From: Paraphysomonas bandaiensis
Taxonomy: Eukaryota; Protista; Chrysophyceae
Reading direction: 5' to 3'
Length of the DNA stretch: 39,904 nucleotides
Assembly (NCBI GenBank): GCA_965644295.1
Contig: CBFFRP010000545.1
Location: forward strand, 1-39,904
Positions 38,662 through 39,904 of the stretch are shown here, in pieces. Each line of letters starts with the position of its first letter. Position 1 is the first letter of the stretch. The notes below the pieces were generated by a model, which was not told the origin of the DNA, searched no databases, and saw only the letters and a list, made by a program, of their open reading frames with translations. Both the position numbers and the translations under genes were made by a program.

Positions 38662-39364
38662 GTTAGTCGTTCCCGCTTAAGCATTATTGTAGACAGCAGT
38701 AATAATGTGTAATACCCAGAAGCATTTCACGGATTTGCACAACGTTTTTGTTGCCAAATGAACCTGTATGTTCTGCCTTACACACTTACAAACACGACCT
38801 TTTTTAGTGGACAGTAGTCACATTACATTCTCGTTACGACTTATTTCCATTGTGCTCAACATTACTCTTCTCACAATTCTGTGGCTTCGACATTCACCAA
38901 CACTATGACTGTAACACTCTTGCAATATATTCATGTTGATATATTTATATATTTGAAGTGTGTCACCTCCGTCTATTTTTACATTTAGATGTTAGCATGT
39001 CGAATGTTGAGTTCTGCTCTACGTATAACATTTGAAGTGCGTTGCTAACTGGTGTGCAATGTGCAATAGATGAAGCCCACCCGAAGTAGAAAGTGCTCAA
39101 TATAGTTACAGAGGAAGCAACTTCAGTTACTGATGCATGTCTATGAAACCTATATCTGGTTATAAGGTTGCCTAGTTCACATGTTATAAGCGATAATCAG
39201 ATACTATCTCTATCTCTCTTCTATGAATAAATTTTTCATGACCTCGATGTGCACTTATGAAATGGCCACTCTCTAACTCTTGTTCATCATTTGTATTCGT
39301 GTATGATATAGTGTACCTACAACATACAATATGGGGGCATGCTGTAAACATCACATTTTTGAAA

Positions 39365-39904
39365 GGTAGGGCTAGTACGCGACCGCGTCCAAAACATAAA
39401 CAGAAATGGAAGCGCCCAAGGGTGCTACGATTACTAGGAGTCCAACAAAGACGAACCGAGACTGGAATACCATCCACCGCAAACACGAACCCCACCTCTC
39501 ATTCACGCAGGAATAAAGCACCGGACAGCATGAAACCATCAAGTCCTAGACAAAGACGCCGTCTCCAGCAACTCCATCTATGCCTGACGCCCAAACGATG
39601 CATGGAGACAACATACCTTCCACCACATCACTCACCTCTCAGCACGCACATCTACTAGTGCTCGGTACACTACGGACCTTAATGCAGAACCCTGTACCAC
39701 AGATCCTGGTGGAACCGCATCCCAAGGGAGACCCCCTTACAACACGCGCCAGTGAGTCCAAAGACACACGAGCAGGGCAAAACTCACAAACAACTTTAAG
39801 AACGGAAGTGGTTGCACCTTGGTGCTTGCGGCGGCGCACAAGCAGCTTCTGTAGCGTTAAATAGTAGGATACTGGAATTTGTACGGACTAGTTATGGGTA
39901 GAGG
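39365..39904 (+). mobile_element. Interspersed repeat copy B (longer; runs off the window)
   Basis: 39655-39904 matches copy A. GC-richer, C/A-skewed sequence begins abruptly at ~39365. Confidence 0.6.

Overview
Eukaryotic nuclear DNA with short GT-AG introns. It is probably a stramenopile (ochrophyte/chrysophyte-like), inferred from the LSU rRNA, a MinD remnant and the gene families; this assignment is not proven. The left end holds a 5'-truncated 28S rRNA (minus strand, 1-1457). It is fused abruptly to a patchwork of gene remnants: 29-aa ankyrin-like repeats, an unknown decayed ORF and a MinD pseudogene. An apparently perfect 1,699-bp inverted duplication (3841-5539 / 6729-8427) follows, with a flip-flop hairpin at its outer ends. 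From 5.2 kb to 38.7 kb there are 14 protein genes in strictly alternating orientation, forming seven head-to-head pairs: sulfotransferase/NEK, TRAPPC13/TCAIM-like, ATX1/PSMB5, sulfotransferase/CDPK, coiled-coil/SET, EF-hand/coiled-coil and ZIP-like/TIM10. Each divergent spacer carries (CATA)n-type simple repeats, four of them expanded to 0.2-2.2 kb. No convergent spacer has such an array. The first ~0.5 kb of most genes is strongly AT-shifted. Two diverged copies of an interspersed repeat (likely retroelement 3' ends) lie at 26.5 kb and 39.4-39.9 kb. All calls come from reading the sequence; no database searches were run.
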